Shown here in pieces: positions 1 to 9,885 of a DNA stretch of 64,000 bases; the stretch's first letter is position 1; each line of letters starts with the position of its first letter. The DNA comes from a virus (taxonomy: Duplodnaviria; Caudoviricetes), in IMG/VR virus record IMGVR_UViG_3300011868_000001, positions 32,001 through 96,000 of that record; one strand, 5' to 3'. The translations under genes were made by a program, and so were the position numbers. Below the pieces are notes generated by a model. It did no database searches, had not been told where the DNA came from, and saw nothing but the letters and a program-made list of their open reading frames with translations.

Positions 1-1428
1 AGCGTCATAGAAGTCTTGCTCGTCCAGGTAGAACAGCGAACTGAACGAACCCAGTGTCCCAGAAACGATCAGCGATTCTACAGCCGCAGGGCCCAGGTGC
101 TTGACATCAATCCCATCACGGCTGACGAAATACACCATGCGGTTGATGATCTGTGCAGGACACAGTTGCGTATTGGTGCAATACAGCTCGACCCCACTGG
201 CTTCTGATTTCTTCACCTCCCCGCCACAGGCCGGACATTCGGTCGGGGTATGAATCAGACCGTGTTCATCTGTGCGCAGGTTGGTGACCACACTCTCAAT
301 CTTAGGGATAACATCCCCTCGACGAGAAACGACTACCGTATCCAGCAGACGCAGGTCAAGGCGCTTGATCTCCTCGAAGTTGTGCAGGGTCACGCTACTG
401 ACCGTCACACCACAGAGTTTGACCGGCTTGATCTTTGCCACTGGCGTCAGGACACCGGTACGGCCGACCTGAATGTCCACGCGCTCAAGTACACTGGTGG
501 CTGTCTGTGCTTCGAACTTGTACGCCACTGCCCAACGAGGAGACGTGGAACGAAAGCCGAGCTTCAAGCGGACCTTAGGATCGGTGATCTTAAGGACAAG
601 GCCATCGATGTCAAAGCCGATGCTGTCACGACTGGCAGCCACTGCCGAGATTCGATCCATGATCTTATCCAGGCTGCCGGTCAAGCCACGCCAGACATGA
701 TTGGCGGTCTCGAACGGCCAGGCCAGATCATCCATCACCTGACGGAAGGTCTTGTCCAGCCAGTCATTGTCCTCGTGAACGATGGCTTCGTACGCAATGA
801 ACTTAAGTCCCAGACCTTGGATGGTTTCTCCATCTTTACGGCGCATGATCCCAGCCACCATGTTGCGGGGGTTGGCATAGGTCGGTTTGCCAGCTGCTGC
901 GCGGCGTTCGTTGGCTTTATGGAAGTGACTGTGTGGAACGATCACTTCACCCCGGATTTCCAGATGGCCCTTGATGGGCTTGCCGATCAACTCCTGCGGC
1001 ACGCCTTCAAAGAACACCGCATTGTCCGTGATGTCATCGCCTTCGATGCCATTGCCTCGGGTGACTGCATGGATCAGCTTGTTGTTGCGGTAGATGAGAT
1101 TAAGGCTTGCCCCGTCGAACTTGTATTGCAGCTCGGCCAGCGCAGGTACCCCAAGACCCATGGTCCAGTCGGTCAACTCCTCTTCGTTATAGGCGTTTTC
1201 CAAGCTGAGCATAGGCGACAGATGACGAACCTTCTCGAAGCCGCCATCCGAAGCTGCACCCACCACATTGAGCGGCGAATGAGGATCGTCGGTCTCACCT
1301 TCCAGCTCACGCAGTTCTCGCTTGAGCGAGTCATAGACCTCATCGGAGGCATCTGACTCACCGCGGTTGTAATACAGATCATTCAGACGCAGAATCTCAG
1401 CACGTAGCGCCTCGATACGATTGTCCAT
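1..1428 (-). CDS. ligA: NAD-dependent DNA ligase (N-terminal part; runs off the left edge)
   Basis: Manual minus-strand translation from the ATG at 1428: MDNRIEALRAEILRLNDLYYN...SDEVYD...HLSPMLSLENAY...KFDG (adenylation motif)...TRGNG.EGDDIT...EIRGEV...ANPRN. It is absent from the ORF track because it has no stop in the window; the + ORF 250..1356 is its shadow. Confidence 0.95.
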   Translation of the reverse strand, partial: MDNRIEALRAEILRLNDLYYNRGESDASDEVYDSLKRELRELEGETDDPHSPLNVVGAASDGGFEKVRHLSPMLSLENAYNEEELTDWTMGLGVPALAELQYKFDGASLNLIYRNNKLIHAVTRGNGIEGDDITDNAVFFEGVPQELIGKPIKGHLEIRGEVIVPHSHFHKANERRAAAGKPTYANPRNMVAGIMRRKDGETIQGLGLKFIAYEAIVHEDNDWLDKTFRQVMDDLAWPFETANHVWRGLTGSLDKIMDRISAVAASRDSIGFDIDGLVLKITDPKVRLKLGFRSTSPRWAVAYKFEAQTATSVLERVDIQVGRTGVLTPVAKIKPVKLCGVTVSSVTLHNFEEIKRLDLRLLDTVVVSRRGDVIPKIESVVTNLRTDEHGLIHTPTECPACGGEVKKSEASGVELYCTNTQLCPAQIINRMVYFVSRDGIDVKHLGPAAVESLIVSGTLGSFSSLFYLDEQDFYDA

Positions 1429-1432
1429 TAGG

Positions 1433-1915
1433 TTACTCCTGGTAACTGGGACGCTCTTGGGAATGTCCGATTGGCAATGCCGGATTAGGCACTACCACGG
1501 CTTTGGAGATCCCAATGAGCTTACGCCCTTGTGTCGGGTCGTTAGGGTCGCGGTCGACGGTGTTGACCATCAACTGCATCATCATCAATGCACTGGTATC
1601 GACCAGGTCACCGGCATGGTAGTGAACTGTGGCATCTAATACCCACCTTTCTTCTACTTTTACCAGTGCCTTGGCATGCAGCTCACCCAGAACGAACGGT
1701 TTACGACGATCGAACAGATCAATGAGGTTGGGATACTGGCTGGTATCGCGCTTTGGCCACTGGCCGTAGACTGGAATTACCGCCGTGGTGATGGTCTGTT
1801 CGATTTCTTCTTTACTCAACCCTTCGCTATGGGCGACCGGGAGTAAAACCTGACTGCCGTGAGTCAGGTATGCTTCGAAATACTCTTTATCTTCCAGCGA
1901 CATCATCTCGTTCAT
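1433..1915 (-). CDS. hypothetical protein
   Basis: 160-aa ORF packed co-directionally between neighbours. Confidence 0.7.
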   Translation of the reverse strand: MNEMMSLEDKEYFEAYLTHGSQVLLPVAHSEGLSKEEIEQTITTAVIPVYGQWPKRDTSQYPNLIDLFDRRKPFVLGELHAKALVKVEERWVLDATVHYHAGDLVDTSALMMMQLMVNTVDRDPNDPTQGRKLIGISKAVVVPNPALPIGHSQERPSYQE

Positions 1916-1924
1916 GACCGGCCC

Positions 1925-2404
1925 TTATTTCACCGCTACCAGCTTCGGACGTTTCTTGAGTTTATCGGCAGCTGCCTCGACTTCCTGACGCTCCTGTTCA
2001 GCCGCAAACAGCTGATCGTGCGTCATGGGGCGCAATGCCATGCCACCGCCTGTGATACCGGTGATCGGAATCGTAGCGAAGTCGTAGAGAAACTCCTGGC
2101 CGGGTTCGCCCATGCCGATCACATCCCCGTAGCAGATGTCCAGACGGTGCTTCTCGCCTTTGAACGCGGCCATGAAGCTGAACCCGTGCTCATGGTGCTC
2201 CAGGTCACGCGCGGCATCATAGCCGATGTTGAGGATAACAAATGCCATCCCATCGATGGTGGTGATGACATTCTTGAGGACAGGGTGCTTCTCGATGAAA
2301 TGGTCGGTGACGCGCACGAAGATGTGTACCTTGTCGGAACGACTCGCTACATAGGTGCGGCAGGCATCGAAATACAGGCGGACCAGATTATTAAGATCGG
2401 TCAT
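1925..2404 (-). CDS. sspB: SspB-like ClpXP adaptor protein
   Basis: VILNIGYDAARDLE...FSFMAAFKG...LDICYGDVIG follows the SspB core (IVLNIAPRAVGNLEL...RFNARFGG...VSVPLAAVLA). The C-terminus RPKLVAVK resembles the ClpX-binding tail RPALRVVK. Confidence 0.8.
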   Translation of the reverse strand: MTDLNNLVRLYFDACRTYVASRSDKVHIFVRVTDHFIEKHPVLKNVITTIDGMAFVILNIGYDAARDLEHHEHGFSFMAAFKGEKHRLDICYGDVIGMGEPGQEFLYDFATIPITGITGGGMALRPMTHDQLFAAEQERQEVEAAADKLKKRPKLVAVK

Positions 2405-2420
2405 GATGATGAATTCCCCG

Positions 2421-2753
2421 TTAAGGATTAAGGCAAAGGTAATCGGTGCTGGCAGTGGCTTTAAGCTCCTTGAGAAGCCCGCTACGCGCTTTCTTGGCCT
2501 TCATGGGGTACTCGTATACCCGAATGGCCGAATCGCGTGCATAGAGCTCGTTGAGCAGTTTGTGCGGGTGTTTCCCTAAAGCCAGTTGTGAAAGTTGTTT
2601 GTCAACCTCTTTGCTGACATGGACGCTCTCCCCTAGATAGAAACGTCCAGTGGCATCATGCTCTAACACAAAACAGCCGTCTTGCACTTCTTCTGTGCGC
2701 TTACTACGTCCACTGGGTGAGTGGAGCCATTTGATGACGGTTGGTGTGTCCAT
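2421..2753 (-). CDS. small degenerate GIY-YIG-like domain protein
   Basis: GCFVLEHDATGRFYLGES...LALGKHPHKLL pattern. Confidence 0.55.
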   Translation of the reverse strand: MDTPTVIKWLHSPSGRSKRTEEVQDGCFVLEHDATGRFYLGESVHVSKEVDKQLSQLALGKHPHKLLNELYARDSAIRVYEYPMKAKKARSGLLKELKATASTDYLCLNP

Positions 2754-2761
2754 GGTGATAT

Positions 2762-3208
2762 TCAGCTCTTGTCAGGTGGGGCGATCTCAGCGAGGATATG
2801 CCCCAGGCGTAGAAGCCGGGAGCCCTTGCTGATATCAGCCGGATCAATGAATGAGTGGATCGGTACCAACTCCATACACAGGATGCGACTTTCATCGAAC
2901 TGATGGGTGGGTTGGTAACACACCATACCGATGACAGACCAGGGTATGGGTAGATTGGGGAAGTGACTGATGACTTCCGGCTTGAATGTACCGATCAACG
3001 TGGGCTGGCGATAACGATTGATGCTGGCAACCTTTTCATTGCTGCCGTCGTCATAGTCTGGCCAGACCATAAAAATATCGATGCTGTCATGGACAGCAAA
3101 ATGAACGTCACCGGGGGTGGTTTGCCGACTGACGCCCAAGGGAAAGTCTACACGGGTGCGATGCTGGAATGTCGTCTCCTTGTCGCGATATACCGCTAGG
3201 GTTTTCAT
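2762..3208 (-). CDS. hypothetical protein (likely start MKTLAVY)
   Basis: ATG at 3208 preceded by a GAAGGA RBS-like sequence. Confidence 0.6.
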   Translation of the reverse strand: MKTLAVYRDKETTFQHRTRVDFPLGVSRQTTPGDVHFAVHDSIDIFMVWPDYDDGSNEKVASINRYRQPTLIGTFKPEVISHFPNLPIPWSVIGMVCYQPTHQFDESRILCMELVPIHSFIDPADISKGSRLLRLGHILAEIAPPDKS

Positions 3209-3260
3209 GATGGTTCCTTCTGGGTGTGCTGCCGAGAATCCCCGGCAGCATAAGGTGACT

Positions 3261-3842
3261 TTACTGGCAGAACTGCTCGTAGTCGATGACCGCTGCCTTC
3301 TTATCCATGGTGACGACATAGGTGTGAGCCGGCTTAAGCAATTGGATGCCTTTCTCGCCCATACCCACAGGGATAGCCCACCACTTCTCGTTGTCGAGCC
3401 CAACAATCGTCAGCGCGTTGCCATTGATGTCGATCTGCGTAGTCTCGATAACGTTGTCGCTTTGACGGAAGTCATGGCCGAACATGGACTTCTGCATGTA
3501 GGAGTATTCCCGGCGACCGGTAATCCTGAACTTCTGACTCTCGTCGACGAATTCACAGTTCTTGTACGTGATAATGCGCAGCCCTGGCTTGTGGTACTCC
3601 AGGTACACGTAATAGACAGCCGCTGCGATAACGGCAAGTAGTAGCAGGGTCAGTGTGACGTAGGTCCGTACGATGACACGCCTGACCTTAATGCCACGGG
3701 CTTGAACCTTCTCGCGGGCTTTAGTGCCAGCGTCGGCACGAATCTGATCTAACATCGTGTCAACCGTGTTGTCAACGTCGCTGACACGGATGTCGGATTT
3801 AGTAACGGTAACGTCATTGCCCATCAGATCATGGTGAGACAT
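3261..3842 (-). CDS. single-pass membrane protein
   Basis: Hydrophobic helix TYVTLTLLLLAVIAAAVYYVYL; RBS AAGGGG. Confidence 0.75.
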   Translation of the reverse strand: MSHHDLMGNDVTVTKSDIRVSDVDNTVDTMLDQIRADAGTKAREKVQARGIKVRRVIVRTYVTLTLLLLAVIAAAVYYVYLEYHKPGLRIITYKNCEFVDESQKFRITGRREYSYMQKSMFGHDFRQSDNVIETTQIDINGNALTIVGLDNEKWWAIPVGMGEKGIQLLKPAHTYVVTMDKKAAVIDYEQFCQ

Positions 3843-3946
3843 ATTGCAGTTCCCCTTTTGGTTATAGTTGGCATTAGTTTAATCACGCTTATAATGTATT
3901 GCTCCAGAATTTTTAATTACGGAACAAGAAAAAAAAAGAAGGCGGC

Positions 3947-3980
3947 GGCATAGAGCCGGGGTAATCCCCGGCTCTATGTT
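3947..3980. terminator. intergenic stem-loop of the CATA-hairpin-TATG family; T-rich tract follows on the minus strand
   Basis: CATAGAGCCGGGG-TAAT-CCCCGGCTCTATG; A-run at about 3925-3940. Confidence 0.75.
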
Positions 3981-3983
3981 CAA

Positions 3984-4397
3984 TCATCGCCGATAACCAA
4001 GGTCAGCATATGGATCATCGCGTTCTTCATCGGACGGTACAACCAAGACAGGCTTGGGCATGGTCACTTGAGCCGGAGCTTTAGTGACTTCTGCAATTGC
4101 CTTGTCAAGATCACGTTCCGCCATGAGCTTACCCATCCAGTCGACATTAAAGCCAACGAAGTTACGCTTACCAGCGACACTGGTAATTCCGCGTCTAACA
4201 CTTAGCATTTGAACCAGACGGTCCATCTTTGCTTGTGTGGCAAGTACAGCAAAGAAGACGGGGTCAGGGTCGTTCAACGCCTCACCACTCATCTGACTCA
4301 ACGGATACGCGTGAGATACGCCGAGTTTGACCAGTATTGCGTCTACCTCAGTTTCAGAATCCGCCAACACAACACTCACCCCAGTATTATTGCGCAT
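3984..4397 (-). CDS. hypothetical protein
   Basis: 137-aa ORF with RBS GAGGA, ending at the hairpin. Confidence 0.7.
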   Translation of the reverse strand: MRNNTGVSVVLADSETEVDAILVKLGVSHAYPLSQMSGEALNDPDPVFFAVLATQAKMDRLVQMLSVRRGITSVAGKRNFVGFNVDWMGKLMAERDLDKAIAEVTKAPAQVTMPKPVLVVPSDEERDDPYADLGYRR

Positions 4398-4797
4398 GGT
4401 AACTGATCCTCGTTGTTTGTAGTTAGATGCCGACTACCTTGATCATCACGGTGACGACACTACGTTTTTGAAACCCTTCCGACGTGAAATGACCACCCGA
4501 CCCACCAGTTACAATCGGCTGGGAAAGTTTCGAACGGCGGTAAGCAATGGTGCAATATCAACGTTCATAGATTTACCTAAGGTAAATGAGTAGGCGGCCG
4601 GCATAAATGCTCTGCATGGTTTGTGCCATGCAGAGCACCGTACAGGCGCCGTGGTCGCAGGTGTCGACTTCCCGTCGAGGCCATTTTGCAGACCGGGTAT
4701 CGCTGAGCTGGATCACCCCCTCACTAGACAGAATCACTGCCTGTACATACAATAGGTATTTCTCCCCTACACAATGTAGGGTTGAAAGATTGTTCAT

Positions 4798-5376
4798 TCA
4801 AACTGGGAAGACCACACGATTAGACGTCGAGAGTTTACACTGAAGCATCCCACGTTTGATTCCAGCACCGACACCACATTTCGTGGTCTCGACTTCAAAC
4901 GAGGTGTAATAAGCCGACGGCAATAAGAACGAGATAACAATGTTACCATTGGCATCAGCATACTGATCGGTTGTTATCGTGCCCATTGCTTCCCGATTGA
5001 GGAATGATTCGGCCGGGCTGTAGCTATATCCAACGTACGTACAGTCAATCACTTTAGCAGAGCCGTAAGAATACCCTCGGATGCGAACATGGTGCATCCA
5101 GGTATTGCGCTGGATGTTCCCTGGCAATTTAATGTGGACATAGACATTGTTTTGTGTACTGATGCCGGAGACATCCACAGGGTCGCCACTGACCTGTTTC
5201 GTGGTTGCATCGATGTTGTAGATCATCAGGCGGTAGACATTGCGAAACACAGTCCCGACTGCCGTTTCAGGCCCAATGATAAACTTCTGGTTCTCATAGT
5301 GCATCAGGGTGTTGCGCACAATGAAGAGGTAGTTGCTCAGTTTGTCTTTAAGGGTGGCCCAAATAGTGCTATTCAT
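4798..5376 (-). CDS. tail-module protein, paralog of 5384..5929
   Basis: Shares N(V/I)Y(V/I)H(I/F)KLP, GY.YG..K(V/I) and Y.DANG with the adjacent ORF. Confidence 0.7.
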   Translation of the reverse strand: MNSTIWATLKDKLSNYLFIVRNTLMHYENQKFIIGPETAVGTVFRNVYRLMIYNIDATTKQVSGDPVDVSGISTQNNVYVHIKLPGNIQRNTWMHHVRIRGYSYGSAKVIDCTYVGYSYSPAESFLNREAMGTITTDQYADANGNIVISFLLPSAYYTSFEVETTKCGVGAGIKRGMLQCKLSTSNRVVFPV

Positions 5377-5383
5377 GACTGAC

Positions 5384-5929
5384 TCAGAAGGTAAGGGTGG
5401 TGGACAGACTGGCTTTAGCGACGATGTTGCTAAGAGCAGCACGATGCGCATCGTTCTCGGCAAAGCCTGAGACCGTCAGACTAAGTACATAGGCACTGCT
5501 GAAGAACAGTCGACAGACTACATACCCGTTGGCGTCGACATACACAGCAGGGCTATGCGCTGTGGTTCCTTGGACGTGACTGTTAACGACACCGGCCAAT
5601 CGCCCTACAAAAAACTGCCCACGTACAATCTTACCGCCGCCGTATTGATAACCGTCAATGTCCAAACGACAACAGAAGTCCTCAGTAGGGGCAAAGGGCA
5701 ACTTGAAATGGATGTAAATGTTCTCAGTCTGACCCAGATCATCGGGTGGGAGACCTGTGGTACTCGGCGGACCATGGATACCGCCTAGCGACCAGACTGA
5801 TACTACCATGACTCGAGCTCGCCACCAGCTACCGGTTTCGGCATGAGTAACCAGGCTGGTATACCCTGCTTCAAGCAAGCTTGTAATCTTCGCGGCGTAC
5901 CGGTTATACGCGTCAACAACAGCGCCCAT
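5384..5929 (-). CDS. tail-module protein, paralog of 4798..5376
   Basis: Same shared motifs; likely start MGAVVDAY. Confidence 0.7.
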   Translation of the reverse strand: MGAVVDAYNRYAAKITSLLEAGYTSLVTHAETGSWWRARVMVVSVWSLGGIHGPPSTTGLPPDDLGQTENIYIHFKLPFAPTEDFCCRLDIDGYQYGGGKIVRGQFFVGRLAGVVNSHVQGTTAHSPAVYVDANGYVVCRLFFSSAYVLSLTVSGFAENDAHRAALSNIVAKASLSTTLTF

Positions 5930-5977
5930 GAGACAATCTCCATTATGAAAAGGTAAGGATACATACCATTTCACACG

Positions 5978-6011
5978 ACATACGGAGAGGGCTTAAGCCC
6001 TCTCCGTATGT
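5978..6011. terminator. stem-loop, CATA-hairpin-TATG family
   Basis: ACATACGGAGAGGGC-TTAA-GCCCTCTCCGTATGT. Confidence 0.7.
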
Positions 6012-6018
6012 TTATCAC

Positions 6019-6465
6019 TTACCGACCGCACCAGGAGACCTTAGTCCCACCGGTGTAATGGTCAGCCAGCCCGCTTTCAATTAGCCGGGTGGCCACATCG
6101 GTACCATCTACCGATACGCGCGCCAACAACCTGAAGTACTTGTCCCGACCTAGGTCAGACAGGACAATGACGCGTCCTTTACTGACCAGATCATCCACTA
6201 ATTGCCGGGCCTGCTGAGCTTTTAACTTCTCAGCAGTTTTCAAGGCAGCTGTGGAACAGGTGCTGATTAGCTCTGGGGTGTTGACATCTCTGATCCGTAC
6301 CCCGAGTGCTGCACCAAAGACGGGCAACTGACCCGGTAGATTGACGGTGATGGTGTCACCATCATAAACCCTGACCACATTCATGGACGTGAGTTCGATG
6401 GTCTCGGCATTTGTATTTGGGATATAAATGCAAAGACCCAAGATGATCAGTAAGATACGGATCAT
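6019..6465 (-). CDS. thermonuclease (SNase-like) with N-terminal signal/anchor
   Basis: VVRVYDGDTI, VRIRDVNTPE, DKYFRLLARV and LIESGLA motifs; hydrophobic N-terminus. Confidence 0.9.
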   Translation of the reverse strand: MIRILLIILGLCIYIPNTNAETIELTSMNVVRVYDGDTITVNLPGQLPVFGAALGVRIRDVNTPELISTCSTAALKTAEKLKAQQARQLVDDLVSKGRVIVLSDLGRDKYFRLLARVSVDGTDVATRLIESGLADHYTGGTKVSWCGR

Positions 6466-6476
6466 GGCGCATGTCC

Positions 6477-7337
6477 TCAGAAAATGAGTTCCAGTACAGG
6501 ACGCCAGTGGCCGGGGTTGGTGGCGGGCGCAGAAGTAATGCCGTTGACCCCATTCCCGCCACGGGAAACTCGAGAAGAAGCAACGGAACCTAGATCCTGC
6601 ATGAGAAATGCCGCGCTGCCATTGGCCGAATCAGTTCCGGAATGGGCATAGTCGTCCCACTTAGGTCCTTCAGTGGCAACCTGACCTTGTACGATACGAT
6701 AGATCAGACGATCCCATTCGCTTTTATCGGTCGGACGGCCGCTACTCGACATGGTTTCAGTCGGATTGTTAGTGCCGGTGAACAACCTGACCGCAAAACG
6801 ATGACCGTTCTTCTCAACCTGAGCAGGTGGGTTCGGTCCGTTAAACCCAAACACCAGATTCTTCTGGTTCAGGTTATCCCAGGTCACGCTAGTGCTCATG
6901 GAGCTATTAGGGGTGAACAGGATTTTCCCATCCAGTGCGAATTTGAACCACTTGGTTGCGGTGTTTGGCCTGGTGCCACCTGGACTCAGGAGCGCATGCA
7001 GTTCCGTATCGGTAAACATCTCCGACATGGTCAAGGTGCCGAAATAACCATCGCGGAAGTCTCCCCGCAGTGGTTGATTACGACCGGGTCCAGTGTACGG
7101 GAACGACCCTAGCACATGTTCAGACGACTGTAGTTTGTCGTTGCCCTTGAACGTTTCAAGGATGTAGTAGTACAGTTTGTTCTGTACCACGTCATTGTCG
7201 ATGTAGCTCATGACACCGGGCGCTAGGGTGACCAAAGGCGCTGGCAGCGCCGCCGGGCTCATGGGCTGTTCGCTGCGATAAATACGCGTGCCGTCTGAAA
7301 AGAGGTTACGGTCTTTCCAGGTCAATTGGAGAGGCAT
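6477..7337 (-). CDS. virion tail-associated protein, WRPVLEL paralog family
   Basis: N-terminal FN3-like region, GYFG, WFKFALDGKILF, SEWDRLIYR and C-terminal WRPVLEL. Confidence 0.8.
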   Translation of the reverse strand: MPLQLTWKDRNLFSDGTRIYRSEQPMSPAALPAPLVTLAPGVMSYIDNDVVQNKLYYYILETFKGNDKLQSSEHVLGSFPYTGPGRNQPLRGDFRDGYFGTLTMSEMFTDTELHALLSPGGTRPNTATKWFKFALDGKILFTPNSSMSTSVTWDNLNQKNLVFGFNGPNPPAQVEKNGHRFAVRLFTGTNNPTETMSSSGRPTDKSEWDRLIYRIVQGQVATEGPKWDDYAHSGTDSANGSAAFLMQDLGSVASSRVSRGGNGVNGITSAPATNPGHWRPVLELIF

Positions 7338-7350
7338 GTCTTAATTCCCC

Positions 7351-8304
7351 TTAGATGGACAGGTTAACTTGATAGTCTGGAATTAGTTCCAGTACAGGAC
7401 GCCAGTGGGCACCCGTCGTTATCTGAAGGATGCTAGCGTTTGACAACGCGCCTTTAGTTGACAATGTGCTTGTTCCACGCATGATGCAGTTTGTTGGGGT
7501 GTCAACTACAAGCTCCTGCTTCAGACACGAGCTAAAGCTGTTAAAGTCACTTCGTGTCTTGCTGCCAAAGTTCGAACCACGTTGCGTCGAAGGAACCCAT
7601 TCACACACCCGATAAATCAGATCATCCCATTCAGAACCGATTGTCTGCGTAGGTAGTTCAATAGTGCCGCCTGGGTAGACGATGCCGCGGTCGGGCCTCG
7701 GTGCAGCCGTTGTCATCAGACGGACAATAAAAGTCTCAAGGCCGATCTTGACGGTGCGGCGCTGATTAACCTTAGCACCAGTATAGAGACTCGATCCATC
7801 ATCGTTAGTCCCGTAGACCAGTCCTGCGTCGTAAAGTGCTTTCCAACTGATGCCGGAAGCCAGGGGCTGTACTGGAATGAACAACGTTTTGCCCTTGTAA
7901 GCAAACTTCATCCATACTGGCGCGTCGGTAATGACACTACCGGCATTGAAATTCAACGCTGCGCGCAATTCAGTGAGCGTGATGAAATTGGCAGATAACA
8001 AGTCGCCGTAATAACCGACTTCATGATCACCACCCAGCAGGGTCTGGGGGCCAGGACCCGTACGTGGCAAAGCCCAGGCCTCGATGTTGTGCGAGACAGC
8101 TCGATCACGCGCCGACAGGCTTTCCAGGACGTAGTAGTACCGTTGGCCAGCGATGGCTGTAGTATCGGTCCAGGTGGTCTCGCCCTGAGTTAGCGTAGCC
8201 AGTGGGTTACTCAGGTTAGCCCGATCCAGAGGCTGGGTGCCACGGTATACCTTGGTGGTCGTGGCAATGACGTTGGGGTTCTCCCAAACAAGTTTAATCT
8301 GCAT
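7351..8304 (-). CDS. virion tail-associated protein, WRPVLEL paralog family
   Basis: Same motifs (GYYG, WMKFAYKGKTLF, SEWDDLIYR, WRPVLEL). Confidence 0.8.
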   Translation of the reverse strand: MQIKLVWENPNVIATTTKVYRGTQPLDRANLSNPLATLTQGETTWTDTTAIAGQRYYYVLESLSARDRAVSHNIEAWALPRTGPGPQTLLGGDHEVGYYGDLLSANFITLTELRAALNFNAGSVITDAPVWMKFAYKGKTLFIPVQPLASGISWKALYDAGLVYGTNDDGSSLYTGAKVNQRRTVKIGLETFIVRLMTTAAPRPDRGIVYPGGTIELPTQTIGSEWDDLIYRVCEWVPSTQRGSNFGSKTRSDFNSFSSCLKQELVVDTPTNCIMRGTSTLSTKGALSNASILQITTGAHWRPVLELIPDYQVNLSI

Positions 8305-8315
8305 CAGAAACTACC

Positions 8316-9284
8316 TCAAACAGTGATGCCTTGGATATCGGCGATTGAAACCAGGGGTTCGTTAGCACCGCCAATGACGAAACGCGGCGCTAAAGCAGAT
8401 TCGAATGGCTGACCTTGAATGTCACCAACAATCAACGGAGAATCCGCTTGCGGGGTGATGGCGCGCATCGCTACAAGCGTTTCGATACCAGTCCCTTCCA
8501 GACCTGCCGGAGTCAGCAGAGTAGGCGTGCCGCCTAATGACTGCACCTTCTCAATGGCGAACGTATAGAGATCGTTCGGAATCAGTTCCAGTACAGGACG
8601 CCAGCCGTGGCTGGTGTTCACTCCTGTTTTCGGTACAGTTAGGAACGCATCCTTTAGCGAGGCGTTGGTACTGGCGATACGCCGCAGCACATGGCCCTCA
8701 GGCGAGAGTACCGGTTCCTGACAGATGTTGTATTGTCCATTACCACCAAACCCCAACTGAGTTGGTGTCTGCCGGGTCCAGAACGTACCCGATGGATCAG
8801 ATTCCCACAACTTAAACAACAGGTCGTTGACTTCACCACCGTTTTGAGTGGCTGGAATGGCGTCACCGCCCTTGATCAGTCGGACGATGTAGGCATTGCC
8901 CTTGATGACCAGGATCTTGTTTTGGTTGACAGGACCTTGGCTTCCGTGGTAGGGACCCGGACCGTCAGTACCATAGACGATACCTGCGTTGTATAGGTGG
9001 TCCCAGGAAAGGCTGTAGCGGAGGGTGGACTTAGGCATGAACAAGGTTTTGCCCTTGTGCATGAATTTCAGCCAGTTGATCATGGTGTTATGGGCAGTGC
9101 CCTGCGTCAGTCCCACCGCAGTAGCCAGTGCCGCCCCATCGATCAGGTCGGTAGCCGGTATCTCCCCAAAGTAACCGCTACCTACATCACCTGCAATGAG
9201 GTCCTTAGCGCCCGGACCTGTAAAACGAAAGGGATTGAACCCTTTACGGCGCCTGGCTGCTGCCATCAGTAACGCATGGAGCAT
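8316..9284 (-). CDS. virion tail-associated protein, WRPVLEL paralog family, with C-terminal extension
   Basis: GYFG, WLKFMHKGKTLF, WRPVLEL. Confidence 0.8.
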   Translation of the reverse strand: MLHALLMAAARRRKGFNPFRFTGPGAKDLIAGDVGSGYFGEIPATDLIDGAALATAVGLTQGTAHNTMINWLKFMHKGKTLFMPKSTLRYSLSWDHLYNAGIVYGTDGPGPYHGSQGPVNQNKILVIKGNAYIVRLIKGGDAIPATQNGGEVNDLLFKLWESDPSGTFWTRQTPTQLGFGGNGQYNICQEPVLSPEGHVLRRIASTNASLKDAFLTVPKTGVNTSHGWRPVLELIPNDLYTFAIEKVQSLGGTPTLLTPAGLEGTGIETLVAMRAITPQADSPLIVGDIQGQPFESALAPRFVIGGANEPLVSIADIQGITV

Positions 9285-9300
9285 AGTGCTTACCTCGCGA

Positions 9301-9332
9301 ATAAAAAGACCTGTGTGGACTCCACACAGGTC
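9301..9332 (-). terminator. intrinsic terminator
   Basis: GACCTGTGTGG/CCACACAGGTC stem followed by TTTTATT on the minus strand. Confidence 0.75.
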
Positions 9333-9342
9333 TCGGTGATGG

Positions 9343-9855
9343 TTAAGCCACCTTTACCATGCCCTTGCCGAGCAGGTAGCCGTCCCAGGTCAGACCACCG
9401 TCAACGGTGCTGAACGCCAGGGTGTCACGACCGGCTGCCGACAGTTCTGGTTTGGTACCGTCGGACCAGAAGATGTTCGGCCACCAAGTGATGGCATGAG
9501 CACCACCATTGGTCAGACGCAGGGTGAAGGTGTAAGCACGGCCGCCGGCCGGTACACGCTCCAGGGAGAACGTGGTCGCTGCGGTGATGGTTTTGCCGAA
9601 GTGGTTGGCCACGTGGCAGTCGATGACGCTACCAGTGCCCAGCGGTTCGAAGCGCTCGGTAATGGCTACACCCATGTCGCCGCCGGAGAACATGCCCATC
9701 TCGATGTTTTCGGCATCGTAGGATTGACGCAGTTCTTCCATCAGACGATCGAGTTCAGCAACCGCGGCTTTGTCGCCGTTTTCGATGGCTGTTTTGACCT
9801 TGCCGCTGTAATTGGCCAGCGAGGCCAGCAGTGCCTGCATTTGAGCTTCTTGCAT
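9343..9855 (-). CDS. tail-fibre-related protein
   Basis: Helical N-terminus plus a beta-rich C-terminal domain (TWWPNIFWSDGTKP...DGGLTWDG) typical of phage fibre ends. Confidence 0.6.
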   Translation of the reverse strand: MQEAQMQALLASLANYSGKVKTAIENGDKAAVAELDRLMEELRQSYDAENIEMGMFSGGDMGVAITERFEPLGTGSVIDCHVANHFGKTITAATTFSLERVPAGGRAYTFTLRLTNGGAHAITWWPNIFWSDGTKPELSAAGRDTLAFSTVDGGLTWDGYLLGKGMVKVA

Positions 9856-9885
9856 GTCGATCTCTCAGTTGAAAAGTAAAACGGG

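Noticed and set aside
250-1356. 368-aa + strand ORF
   Set aside because: Antisense shadow of ligA, with no motifs of its own.
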